Under the pieces are notes generated by a model that ran no database searches, had not been told where the DNA came from, and saw only the letters and a program-made list of their open reading frames with translations. Shown here one piece after another: positions 26,436-38,693 of a stretch of DNA of 45,763 nucleotides. The position numbers were made by a program, and so were the translations under genes. This DNA is from Trypethelium eluteriae (lineage: Eukaryota), in contig JAVECL010000134.1 of the NCBI GenBank assembly GCA_051942245.1, positions 1 to 45,763 of the forward strand, given 5' to 3'. Each line of letters begins with the position of its first letter. The first letter of the stretch is position 1.

Positions 26436-27480
26436 GCATTGTGCTGGACCGTCGTCACGGCTCTCGCCTTTAAGCTATGACCCGTACAGGCCGACCTACT
26501 CTGACAAGTCACCTCAAAGACCCGCCTAATCAATATCTTCAAGCACTTCCAGTGTAACTAGTGCCAGATTTATTCTACAAGCAACGCCGTGGTAGAATGG
26601 CATCCTGCCAAGCTCTAACGGCTACATTGTTGAGATAAATATCTCTGCAGATTCTTTTCCTACGCCCTGATATACTCCTTCAACCTTTATTTTCTTTGAC
26701 GAGAGCCAGATAATAGTGTTCAGTAACCGAAGTCATGGCGCAGAATGAGTACGGCCGAGTTCCTTAAAGCCAAGCTTTCCTTTCCGTATGAACTTCTACT
26801 TTCCATCGATTTGCAATCGAAAGAACTGATCTACCGACGATGTGCTGCGTACTGTGTTACTAGTCAAACGATGTTACCCTTCCCAAGGGTCGCCTGTCAC
26901 GTCAAGGTTCTTTGAACCACGGAGATACTCCATACCAAAGCCTTTTTAGTTGACGACCAATCCCTAAGATAAGGTATCATGAGCTAGTACATCAACCAAT
27001 TTGCTCCGGAGCGATCTTTTACGAATCGGTTGTCAAAAAGACGCTTGCCTTCTTAAAGCATTAGTCTAAGACATCTATGAGTTGTCGACTGTGTAATGAA
27101 ACTTAAGAACAACAGAGAATTTCGGACTTTTTGAAGGAGCACGTTAGCAGAACAGGTACTCAAGTCATAGTACGGCTGGAGAACAAGGCTAGGAAAATAT
27201 TTGTGGGCATAGCTTCAACCCTTGTTAAGACCGTTCATACTAGCCATGATTGTCTTCCAAGGTAACTTTTGTAGAGTGCAACTCGGAGACCCTGAAACCG
27301 AGTAAACTCTTATATCTTTCGGATTTGTAGCAACGTCTTCCACGTAACTCGGAGATTGATGCTCGTCCAGGAAAAGCAGTAAGCGCAACGAGGCGTGTAG
27401 ATGAACTTCATTCTCCTAGAAGAATACTCCAGAAAGACGTCTGTCTACTCAGTAATATATATTGCATCATTCAAGCTGTA

Positions 27481-27518
27481 CCTACCTAGGTATCTACTTA
27501 ACATAGTACCTAGGTAGG
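27481..27518. repeat. 12-bp inverted repeat built from two TACCTAGGTA palindromes
   Basis: CCTACCTAGGTA (27481-27492) ... TACCTAGGTAGG (27507-27518). Confidence 0.85.
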
Positions 27519-27755
27519 AATGCGAGATACTGTGATGACGTGGGGGATGGCGCAAGGCCAGGAACGACACTGCGGGGCACAACGGTAGCGAATATCCAGC
27601 AAAACAAGCTTGATAAACAACCTTCGCTGGCCCGGGCTTGGCTCACGTAGCCGGTCTCACCGGCCCTTCGACTCCTCCCTACCACCTGTTGCTCTTCCTC
27701 AATTCTCCTACCTCTCTCGTCTATCGCATTGACCTCGATTGCCCTCCCAAATACC

Positions 27756-30479
27756 ATGGCCAGCGTCCCTGGTCAGTCCACTTCCTCCGAAGACCATGCC
27801 GCTAGGTCCAGCGAACACAAATTTCTTGGCGGGCTACGCGAAAAGCTTAAGGACACATATCTCTACGATGCCAAGATCAAGGCTACCCATTTGAAGCATA
27901 AGCTCGGAAAATTTGAGAACATCCTCAATCCGAACCATCGCCATGACGAAGAGCATGAGAAGAAGACCGATGAAAAGCGAACCAAGATCGCCGAGGGTCA
28001 TCGATTCGACAGCTTCGCGCCCGAACATGACGGAAACATGATCAAGTGGTATGTGGATGGCAGGGATTATTTCTGGGCTGTTAGTGTCGCACTGGAGCGA
28101 GCCAAAGAGACCATCTATATCGAGGATTGGTGGCTGAGTCCAGAATTGTTCTTGAGGCGACCTCCATACTACAACCAAGAATGGAGACTCGACCAAGTAT
28201 TGAAGAGACGGGCTGAAGCAGGCGTCAAGATCTATGTAGTGGTGTACAAAGAAGTCGAGGCTGCAATTAGCTGTAACTCAGCACATACCAAACATGCATT
28301 GGAGGCATTATGCCCAGAAGGTAGTAAGGGCGCTGGAAACATTAGAGTCATGAGACATCCAGATCACAATGTCTTCGAAAATGCCGGAGATATGACATTC
28401 TATTGGGTGTGTAGCTCCGTCTCTAGTAGAGCCTTAAAACGCATTCAGAGACACCTACCAGATGCAGTCCATGGTGCTAACAACGGGTAGGCTCATCACG
28501 AGAAGTTCATCGTCATCGACTATTCCCTCGCTTTCATTGGCGGCCTTGATCTTTGCTTTGGGCGGTGGGATAACAAGCAGCATCCTCTTTCCGACGTACA
28601 TCCATCCGGCGTCCAACACGAGATCTTTCCGGGGCAAGATTTCAACAACAATCGCATCATGGACTTCCAATCCGTGCAGGACTGGAAGTCCAATGAGCTA
28701 TCGAAGGCTGAATATGGTCGTATGCCATGGCACGATGTTGCAATGGGCGTTATTGGCCCATGTGTCTATGACATTGCCCAGCATTTCGTCCTTAGATGGA
28801 ATTTTTGCAAGAGGGATAAGTACAAGCGAGACGCGGAGTACGACTGGCTCGTGATGGAGGGGATGGAGGGAGAGAACGAAGACATCATAGGCGTCCAGCG
28901 ACCAAAGCACCCAGTAGGCGAATATGTGCAACATCCATTGAGCCCTCTCGCTTCGAAACCCTTGAAGCCCAATCAGGGCTCGGTTCACGCCCAGCTCGTG
29001 AGGAGTAGTGCGGATTGGAGCAGTGGCATTCTCTTAGAACACAGCATACAGAATGCATACATTGAAGTCATTCGCAATGCCCAGCATTTTGTCTACATCG
29101 AGAATCAATTCTTCAGTAAGTCGATATCCTTTTAGCACGTCTAACTGTGCTTACTGTATTCAGTAACGGCTACCGGGGAGAAGCAGTCTCCGATCCACAA
29201 CCAGATCGGAAGTGCCATCGTCGAGGCATGCGTCCGCGCAGGCAAAGAAGGGCGTAAATTCCGTGTCATCATTATCATACCTGCAATCCCTGGTTTCGCT
29301 GGTGATCTAAGGTCAGATGCTGCTACGGGAACTCGTGCTATCATGGACTACCAATACAAATCTATTCATCGCGGGGAGAACTCCATCTTCGAACAGATAA
29401 GAGCGCAAGGCGTGGACCCCACGCAGCACATCTTCATCTTCAACCTCCGCTCTTACGATCGCCTCAATTTTACTCCTGCATTGAAGGAGCAAGAGAAGAA
29501 ATCCGGCGTCAAGTATCAGGAAGTACAGCGCGCCAATGCTGAAGAGATCATGAGCTCAGGACTGCATTCCCTTGATCCCACAGACTCTCACGACCACACC
29601 ATCAAAGGCAGACACCACGGCTCCGACGACGCCGGCAACGAAGAAAGAGAGTCCTTCGTCGACAAAGAGCGCCGCTTCGAAGCCCAACGACAAGCCGTCG
29701 GCCTCGGCGGCGACGACCAAACCCCCAGCAAAGACAGCATCGCCGAAGACGCGCTCGAAGGGGTGGGCAAACCAAGCGAGGAGCAATGGGACTCGGGCAA
29801 CCTGGACAGCGAAAAGGAGAACTTCGTGCAAGAGGAGCTCTACATCCACGGCAAGATCTGCATCGTCGACGACAAGATCGTCATCTGCGGCAGCTCGAAC
29901 ATCAACGACCGCTCGCAGCTCGGCTTCCACGACTCCGAGCTCACCATCGTCATGGAAGACCGCAACACCCTCGCCAGCACCATGGACGGCCAGCCCTACA
30001 CCGCCGGCCACCACGCCGCCTCGCTGCGACGCACGCTCTGGCGCGAGCACCTCGGGCTCGTCGCGCCGCAGCCGCTCGACGCGTCGCAGGACCCCAACGC
30101 GCAGCCCCCCGGCGACGGCGACAACGCGTGGGGCTCCGGCGATGCCCACGACGCCTTTGTCGCCGACCCGCTGGGCGACGCGCTGTGGGACGAGTGGACG
30201 GGCCGCGCGACGACCAACACGGATGTCTTTCGCTGGCTCTTTCACGCGGACCCGGACGATAATATCAAGACGTTTGCGGATTATAAGAGCTTCATTCCGG
30301 AGAGCGGGCATAAGCAGGGTCATCTGCATGATTTGTATATGCCGGCGGAGACGGTGCGGAAGGAGTTGGATAAGATTAAGGGCCATTTGGTGTGGTATCC
30401 GTTGGATTTCTTGAAGGATGCGGATATGGCGGAGAGGGGGATGCAGGTGAATGAGTTTACGGAGAGTATTTATACGTGA
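27756..30479 (+). CDS. Phospholipase D (short fungal PLD without PX/PH region), 3 exons
   Basis: Two HKD motifs (HHEKFIVID and IHGKICIVDD...GSSNINDRS), plus WYVDGRDYF, WWLSPEL, RMPWHD and YIENQFF. Introns 28407-28490 and 29116-29163. Confidence 0.95.
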
Positions 30480-33400
30480 GGGGGAGAGGACGGGTGAGGT
30501 GAGGGTTGGACATTGGGGATGGTGGCTACGGTCAAGACTTGCAGCTGGCGGCTGATATCATGTTCAATAGGGAGTTAACTTCTCAGATTCGTGTGCGCGC
30601 TGATGCGCAGTGGAGCTTGAGAGAAGATGGTGTAAAGGATTGGTCACCTAAGTGAGTGTTTTGTTATCGGATTCTGTAGATGACTTTTCTCGAGCAGTAG
30701 ATTCGGAGGCAGTGATTCGAATGGATACATGTCGATGCGTGGTGCAAGATCTTGACATTGAAAAACATTTCGAGTATAAACACAAAAACCTATTGGTGAA
30801 CTCATATTGCACAGTGCGTTGTGCCAGTTGTCTACCTCGGAGTTGGAATGGCAAAGGTCGTCCTCCAGCTTGCTTACGATTTACTTCCCTCGCCAGTATA
30901 TTTTGTTCTGCAGATTAGTCCTTAATATATCTGGCATCTGTGGTACACTGAAACATTTCAATGCACAAAGAATAGACACAAGGTTTTATTCTCAGTTGTT
31001 CTGCATATGTTGAGCGCAAGGTAAGAGGGTTGAGGGTGGAGAATAGGCATGTTTATCAAAGAAATTGACTTTCTTCTAATCCCGAGTATTTCGAAGGTTG
31101 ACAGATTCAACGGGGATCCCAGAATCGACCCCCAACATCAAATTGCGATCGCCAAACTCATTTTTTGAGGCTATGGAGATGGAGAATAAATGGAGAGAAA
31201 GTGAGGCATGCTTACTCATTTCATCTCAACCCCTGACTCAAGCGGATTCGTTTCCTTGAAGATCAGCATCTCGTGACAAAACTCCGGGTCCGTGAATTGA
31301 CGTGTTCATCAATCATCCCGTATCGGGAAGATCTACTAGGATTGTGATCCTCGCATGAAGATATCACCTCTTTAACCCTAGAACCCTGAGGCGTCCCATC
31401 ACGGCTTCTTAGATTGGCGACAAGGTTTCAGATAGGACCTTGAACCCCAGCGATGAAAGGTGCTTGCATTTCACATCAAAGACTGCCCAATCTCGACGGT
31501 CATGACCTCTTCCACGCCAGCCACATCCGAGCCCAGGCGTGTTGCCTCCTTCCTGACCGGTTCGGGCGTCCGGGAAGCTCACGACTGATTACATATTGTT
31601 TCGCCCGGGTCATGCAGGAGCCAACGGGCTTGTTACGGGCAAACGTTTCGTGCCCGATTCGGTGGGTCCCGATCTAGGCCGGATTGGCGTCTGGCACCGT
31701 CTGGCGTCGCCCGCCGGCACTGGCCGATCGTGACGGGAGTGCAGCGACCAGTGTGTATGGCCCGATGTGTGCCGCCCTTGTAGTTCGTCGCAGCCTTTTC
31801 CTTTCTCTTTTTCCCGGGTACGTACCCACCCTGCTCTCTTCCCGCCTCCCGCCAGATTCGCCAGAAAAGAAGACGCGCCGGGCAAGGAAGGAGAAGTACG
31901 GAGTATGCCCCCTTAGTTGCGATCCGTCGCGGATGAAGAAAGTGGAGACTATGCAGGGCGAGGCGAGCTTCTCCGTCCAGGGGCAGCTATTTGGGAAGAC
32001 ATGCAGGAGAGAGGGTCGGCCTCCTATGCTCCATACCGTGTATCAAATTGTCTTCTCTAATGCGAGGAACTTATCGGGAATTTTTGCCTCGACTTGTTTA
32101 CTGCGGGGGCAAAAAAGTAACGAAGGCGGGAGCCCAGGAGCTTTCTTCTGTCGCCCAAGTCTAAGAATAGAGTGAAAGAGGTGGGATGCCCTGGCTTGTC
32201 CAATGTTGATGTGGGCTTTGAAGCCATCCCAAATGTTAGTGAGCCTTCAAAGCTCACATCAGGGCTACTACGCCACTGGTGACGGGGACTAAAGGGGCCC
32301 CGGTCGATCATCGAAGCGAACGAGGCGGCCGGAAATAAAAAAACAACACTCAATGCTCAATAGTGTATAGTTCCATCTAGCAGCCGGTTCACTTTGTGTC
32401 TCCTTCAAGCTCCGCTCTGGGGACGATCAATTAGCCGCAGTAGGAGATCGGATCGACAGGACCCCTTGCGGTGATCAGGCAAACGTCCTCGATATTGTCC
32501 TATCGTTGGTGGAGCGCGGATGAAAGGCTCGTGCCGACTCCACCAGCTACCCTGTGCTAGAGTATCCTCTGGTCGCCGATATTGCGCCGCCGGTCTTTGA
32601 TATCGTCTGCCCAATGTCCATACCGGCTGGGATTTGGAAGGGTGGAGCAGCAGAACTGTACTGCATACGTACCGCGGTCCAATGCCGTCCAGAAACCAGC
32701 TTTAGCGAACGTCGGTCGACCCGTTGAATACGAAAGACTTCATCGCAAGCGTGCCAAGGCCAGGTCCGCGAATCACAGCACGTCGCTGACGAGCTGTTCT
32801 GACTTAGAGCATGCCCTCCGTATGCATACGTCCGTACGTACATGCCGCACGGAAAGAAAGGATGCAAGACCTGCATCCGGCCACGTTGTTTGCTGCCTGA
32901 GAGGCGAGGCAATCGCCTATAGTGTCTCTGCGATGGGGAATGCATGCCCGGTTCCTTCAGCAGCGCACGCGTGGATGACGGTGGAGCCTCAAGAGCTTGC
33001 AGCACCACTGCACCAGTGACGATGCAGTATGTATGCTTCAGCTGTAGACGCAAGCTTCTAAGCTGACATCACGTTGGTGGGAGACGAGACGAGACATCTG
33101 CAAGCAACGGCAAGGGTACGGGTCGGACCTTGGACGTTCGTCGTTCTCTTTCAGGAACATGCTCATAAATGTTCAATGGTAGAGCTGGGAAGTTTGATAG
33201 TAGCACGCACTGTTAAATGATAGGTCGTTTTCTAGTGTGGAGGATTTGGAATCACTAAGTCTAGCGTTTCATTGGTCGATAGTCGAATCTATGCTAATAA
33301 ACTCTCACCTGGATTCGGCAGTAGTTCCACAAGAAGATCCATGACAACATCATCGATGTCTAAGGAAGAAAAGACATTATCGGCGTTCATTTGAATCTTG

Positions 33401-33979
33401 CTGTAAGTTTCTGAAGGCAGCAGCTCTTATCCTCCTTGTGCCAATCACAGCGGTCTTTTCAGTAATTTCTTTTGCCATCCTGCCCACCAACCCTCACCGT
33501 TCCTGTCCAACAGATCTTGCGCCTGCAATACCACACTTCCTTCATCCATGATCCATGGTCCAGCTGAGCTCTCTATCCAAACTATCTCCAAATTACCCCT
33601 CCATCTTCTCCCAGCCCACCCCATCACCACACGCCCTCACATGGGATAAAGGAAGATGATATTCTAGGCAAAATACGCGCAGCGTCCACCACCAACAATG
33701 CTCTCCATGGGTTCAAGCAACCCTCTCAAAATAATTCCCGCAGCTGGCAGCTTGGCTGCCTAGTACATCAACGCCCTGAGCTGCAAAATTAATTGCCCCG
33801 TAGTACAGTACATATGTACGAACCCCGGAGACGGTAGCGGCGTATCGCTTCCATGGGTCTTGCCTCGTGGCATTGAGTTGCGATCGGATCCTACAGGCTG
33901 CAGAATCTCAAACGGTCAGCAAGAGATTGGGATCGCCGATGCACAGCGTGTATTGTCATGGCGCAATACGCAGCTGCCA

Positions 33980-33996
33980 TTTTTTTTTTTTTTTTT
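33980..33996. repeat. T17 homopolymer
   Basis: Directly visible. Confidence 0.9.
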
Positions 33997-34839
33997 GAGT
34001 TCGGCGCGAATGGCCCACTAAAAACCTCCGAGCAAACCTTGAAGCTTCGGATGAATGGATTCATACGCGTTCCGAATTGCTTCATGGTTCAACGTAGCGC
34101 GTCTACATAATACTGATTCCACGCGTGGATCGTTGGGCAAACTTTCGATAATGCTGGTACGGTAATGCCGGCGTGCACAAATTTTCCTCCAGCGTAGATT
34201 TTTCATAAGTGATGAATTTCTTCACATAGCTGCAAACACCATCCATGCATTCAAGAACGTCATCGAAGTGAGAATTCGCTTGTATCAATAGCAAAGGACC
34301 TCCATTTGCCTATCTGAGTGAATCCTTCTGGATACCTTGCATCGCAGGAAGCTGTAGATGCAAGTTCTGTTGTAGCGCTCAGGCTGACACCCGACACATG
34401 CAGACACCAACTAACTAGACTCTTTTCGCTTGACCTGGTCATGCCTTGAAAAAGGAAAAATTACAATTCACCAGATTACTTGTACCCAAAGAGAAAATGG
34501 AGGAAGTGAGACAACGAGAGATATTAATAACTATCTGTAGGTGTAGACATCAACAACGAATGGGGTCGTCTTCTTTCGTATATCCAAGTGAACGTCCGTC
34601 CACAAGCCTCTGACGCCTCGCTAGCCCTTCGCTTTTAGTAATAACAAACGACAGTAACAAGGATGCCAGAGCTAGCAAAGCTCGGTGGGTATTCGATGCA
34701 ATGGGGAAAATGACAGAGAGCCAATTAAACAGTGGACGATGAATCTGAAAGTGACGGATTTGAAAAAAAATAACTTCATCGATTAATGTAAAGCTTTCGC
34801 CCTGCTTCCAATCGCAATGCATTGTGGGGCTGTCGGCCC

Positions 34840-36111
34840 TCACTGTGGGGACAGGAAATTAGATACATCCATCCTTGTATCTTTCAACGGAGATCGAGTT
34901 CGCAACTGCGGATCGATGTTGCTGTCATCCCTCTTGATGTCTAATCGGCCTAGAGGTGCAGGATGTTGGACCTGGGTAGGGCTAGAGTGATGGTGGTGAT
35001 ACTGCGGTCGAGGAGTGTCAGGCGATACCGCCGGAGTGGGCAACGCATTTGCTGCCGTGGTCGGAGGGTGGCTTCCCAGACTGGGTAGTTTCATTGATTC
35101 TTGGGGTGGGGTAGTTCGACGCGCGCTTTGCGTCCACATGGGTGTCTTGAACAGGGATGTGGAAAAGCTGTCTGGAGCTGGCATGACAGGTGTCTTCGAC
35201 TCATCTGCCTGAGACGAGTGTGCAGGAGTCTCGTGCTCCGTGTAGTTGCCATCTGCATCATAGACACCACTTGCTCGGCAGCTCGATCTTCGACGTTCCC
35301 ACCGATAGGGGAGCGGAAGCTCAACGGGAGAGCCGAAGTGAGGCGATCGCCCGGAGGTATATGAAGAATTGTCAGATACCAGAGATGGAGCGTCGTTGGA
35401 CGCTGCAGAATGGGCAGGAGACGGGAGTGGAGATTCGAGACAACGGCCATTTCGCCAGGTGGCTGATTGGGGAGCAATTTCTGACGGGCGGAATGCTGGC
35501 TGCAGAGATTTGCTAAATGAGGATGGCTCCTGAAGACTCTGGCTTTGGTTATGTAACCGAGAGGGATATCCTGGCTGTACACAATGGTGAAAGCTGTGCT
35601 CTGCCACTGGGCTACGTTGCGAATGCTCCGTAGGGCATGAGGTAAATGGAAGGGGTCGTTGGCCTCGCAATGGAGGTAGCGAGAGCCCAGTAGGACGACA
35701 CGAAGTAACCGCCTCTCGCGGATCTCGGAGAGAGAGTGTGTGGGCCATCTGGGGAGCCTGTAGATCGTTGTTCTGTCGAGTGCCTTGGCGCTTCCTCCTG
35801 TTCTGGCCGCCGTTCCACCAGTTCTTAACTGCGTTGTCGCTACGGCCAGGGAGAGCTCTTGCGATCTCTGCCCACTTCTTACCCATCTCCCGCACCATTT
35901 TCTCAATCATCTCTCCCTCGTCCTTAGAGATGGGGTCATGCTTTAGATTCGGCTTCAGGTTTTGGTGATACCTCTCCCGACATTGCTTTGGTGACCGAGA
36001 TTGGATTACCTGAGATATGCGGACCCAGTTATGGGCTCCTTGTCCTTGGACAAGGTTGAGCAGCATGCCGTCCTCTTGTTGGGACCATGGGCCCCTCCGA
36101 TGGTTTCCCAT
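34840..36111 (-). CDS. flbD: R2R3 Myb transcription factor, FlbD/RCA-1-like
   Basis: HRRGPWS--ED...NWVRIS...RSPKQCRERYHQNLKP...WAEIAR-L-GRSDNAVKNWWNG matches the FlbD Myb repeats as I recall them. A disordered Pro/Ser-rich tail follows. Confidence 0.88.
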   Translation of the reverse strand: MGNHRRGPWSQQEDGMLLNLVQGQGAHNWVRISQVIQSRSPKQCRERYHQNLKPNLKHDPISKDEGEMIEKMVREMGKKWAEIARALPGRSDNAVKNWWNGGQNRRKRQGTRQNNDLQAPQMAHTLSLRDPREAVTSCRPTGLSLPPLRGQRPLPFTSCPTEHSQRSPVAEHSFHHCVQPGYPSRLHNQSQSLQEPSSFSKSLQPAFRPSEIAPQSATWRNGRCLESPLPSPAHSAASNDAPSLVSDNSSYTSGRSPHFGSPVELPLPYRWERRRSSCRASGVYDADGNYTEHETPAHSSQADESKTPVMPAPDSFSTSLFKTPMWTQSARRTTPPQESMKLPSLGSHPPTTAANALPTPAVSPDTPRPQYHHHHSSPTQVQHPAPLGRLDIKRDDSNIDPQLRTRSPLKDTRMDVSNFLSPQ

Positions 36112-36287
36112 AGTGAGGATGATGCTGCTGTCGCTCGTGATTCCGAGTCGGATTTCAAAGTCTTCCGCAACCAGCGGTTGCAGTAGAGTTGAGAACGTAA
36201 CGTTTGCAGGACGATTTTCCTGCTACTTTTGCTCTTTTCCAATTCAAGCGTCCGTAGAAGTGCGCACAAGCGCAAAAATACTCAGCG

Positions 36288-36399
36288 CTAATGGCAGTGT
36301 CAGCCGCAGGGAATGAGCAGAACTTATGTGCGGGGAGGACTAAATTGAGGACATTTTGTATGATGTAATGGTAAGGAAGGTGGAGACACGGAAGCATAC
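36288..36399 (-). other. Putative 5'-UTR intron of the flbD-like gene
   Basis: Minus strand CAG|GTATGC...GCTGAC-ACTGCCATTAG|, downstream of a CT-rich tract near 36460-36475. Confidence 0.55.
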
Positions 36400-37338
36400 C
36401 TGAAGATAAAGAATGACTATCAACAATGTATCTTGGTCGTTCAAGACTGATGAGGGCTGGGTAGAGAGAAGAAAGTCGCAACGGCCACAACGGCTGCGCA
36501 CATGAATATAAGAAACCAAGCGGTGACAGCGGGCGCTGGCTCAGGTGGGAAGCCAGTGAGCCAATTACGGAAAGAATGGGTGGGCTAATTCAAAGGGGAG
36601 ATAGGCGCTAGGCACGATGTTGTTTTTAAGGTGCGTCGCTTGGCTGGTAACTCGAAAAGTTCCCGGGTCGTGGTGGCTGCTCGGAAACGTGGATGGCAGC
36701 GAGCCAGACTTTTGTAGAAAAGTGGGATAACGGTGGTAGGTTTGGTGGAGTTCGCGATCAAATGGTAGGATGGTCCAGATCGCCCGGCAGCTTGGGCAGA
36801 AGGAATCGGAGGGGGACTTAAAGGGCTGCGTGGGCAGGCGAGTCCAGGATATCAAAGGCCGTGGAGAAGGGACCGCGAACCGGGTACCTTGATGGCGGAG
36901 ACTTAGGATTTGTCGTAATCCCCAAAAGAGCAGCAGGCCCGGGCTCTGGAGGTACGACTACAGTACCCAGATCGCTGGGCACGATGTGCGACTAGGGTCA
37001 GCGTGCGGGAGGGATGAAGGGAAAAGCACCAAAGCACGGCGGGCAACGAGTGCCGCAGCGCTGAACTCTCTGCACATCAGAGGGCTAAGGGCCGCAGGAC
37101 GGGGGGGTGTTTCCATGCATCTCCTTGCACGCATCCTGAGCGCCTCTATTCTGACGGCCTCGAGTTCCGACTGCGCAGGCACCCTTTTGGCGCCGTACCG
37201 TGGCCGCTCGAGACGCTGCCTCTGAACGCCGCCTCGCCTGTTGCCAGCTGAGGCACCAAAAGCAACGCCGAATTGGAGTTGACGGAAGGGGAACGGTATT
37301 GGGACGGTATTGGACTGCTGCTCGCTTTGAGCGTCACC

Positions 37339-37382
37339 GTCCCCGTTCTGTCCCCGTTCTGTCCCCATCCTGTCCCCATTCT
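37339..37382. repeat. 11-bp tandem repeat x4
   Basis: gtccccgttct gtccccgttct gtccccatcct gtccccattct. Confidence 0.85.
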
Positions 37383-38122
37383 GGCAACCACGCACCAAGT
37401 CTGATCGGCTTAGCCGTCGACCAGCAGTTGGCAGGCGTTGGCTCACGGCATCTGAATCCTGATTCATCAGAGGCTGCTCTAAGCGTGACTCGCGCTGGCC
37501 CTCATTTTTAACACACTACAGCAGTTAGCAGGAGGATGATGCGCTGCCGAGCGGGATCAGTCTCCCTCAACAGGGGAACAGGGGGCCGCCGTTGTCGTTT
37601 ATCGTCGCGGGTGATGCATGGTGCAGCTTAAGGTTTGCAGGCCATGTGTCAAATCGACGTCGATGATCCGCCCCCCGCGTGCGAGCCGAATCCTCGCCTC
37701 CTCGCCCTCCTGTCATCGCAGGGAACAAGGATATGAGTATTACTCCAGCACTTTCCAGCTGGGCCAGGGGGGGTGTCCTCTCTGCCTCTCTGCGTGCGCG
37801 CACCCTTACTGCGCAGTCTTACTTGTGTGTGCGGCTCTATGCTAGCTGCGCTGCTTCGTTTCGCAATCTGCCTCCAATAATGACGGTGCCCACCGTGCCG
37901 ACGATGCTGATGGCGACTGAGTGAAGCATTCAGCCAGTCTAGACACCTGCCAGCCCTGAACTTCGCGGGCGCACCTGTGGCTTCGCGCGCTGAAGCCGGA
38001 ACCCTATCTGCCCAGGAGCCACACGCGACCAGAATAGGTCGGTGGAGGACAGCACGCCCAAACGGGATGGTTGTCGGAGGGTGGAAGGATCGATGTGGAC
38101 GTGAGAGCAGCACCACCACCAT

Positions 38123-38160
38123 CACGACTACACACGACTACGCACGACTACCACCACTAC
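38123..38160. repeat. CACGACTAC-type tandem repeat x3-4
   Basis: cacgactaca cacgactacg cacgactac caccactac. Confidence 0.75.
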
Positions 38161-38595
38161 CACCCTCATCATCACGGAGGGATCAAGCCATCTCGCAGGT
38201 ACCTGTTGCATGGAGACGATCTCGGTGCGAGCGTTGAGCAGGCGAACCCGAAGGTCTGGGCGAGCGAGATGCTGGCTCACGCTAGGATCTGCCAGCAGAT
38301 TTGGGCTAGGCCTCTTTGGCCCTGGCTCTGGTGCTTAATCACCGCCAGGCGAATGAATAGGCGGGGATGATTTACAAATACTTTGGCGACTTTGACGACT
38401 TTGGCGAGCCAGGGGGGCGGGCGACGGCGCAGGATCGGTCGAGCGAACGACGGGCCCTAGCGAGCGTCAAGGCGAGGCATGGTTGGTTCTGCTAGCACGC
38501 CTTCCAGCTCCAGGTAAGCCCCCCCCGTTGTCAATTACCCAATGCCAATGCTCTGATCGCCCGTCGACTATGGGAGCATCCGCGCGTGGAGCGGA

Positions 38596-38693
38596 AGCCC
38601 AGCAGGCCCAGCAGACCCAAGCAGACCCAGTAGACCCAGTAGACCCAGTAGGCTCAGTACCTAAGCACCTAAGGCTCAGTAGGCTCAGTAGGC
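38596..38693. repeat. Degenerate 9-bp minisatellite (AGACCCAGT/AGGCTCAGT)
   Basis: About 8-9 degenerate units, e.g. agacccagt agacccagt agacccagt aggctcagt...aggctcagt aggctcagt. Confidence 0.8.

Noticed and set aside
26700..26770. MAQNEYGRVP fragment resembling an ankyrin repeat start
   Set aside because: Ten residues followed by a stop, with no further repeats visible.
29556..30414. Long overlapping ORFs (276 aa antisense, 280 aa and 158 aa alternative frames)
   Set aside because: Explained by extreme GC3 in the PLD exon, which removes stop codons from other frames.
30645..30900. About 75 open codons on the minus strand downstream of PLD
   Set aside because: No clear start or splice structure and no recognisable family.
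31371..31389. TAACCC-like interstitial telomere repeat
   Set aside because: Only two degenerate units; within chance expectation.
34209..34317. Box C (GTGATGA) ... box D (CTGA) snoRNA candidate
   Set aside because: No terminal stem and no recognisable rRNA-complementary guide.
35091..35906. 271-aa alternative-frame ORF inside flbD
   Set aside because: Shadow of a GC-rich coding region; no domain features.
37293..38693. Tandem repeats as a CRISPR-like array or repeat-peptide (RiPP) precursor
   Set aside because: Units are contiguous 9-11-mers without spacers. The overlapping ORFs lack a signal peptide and KR-delimited repeats.
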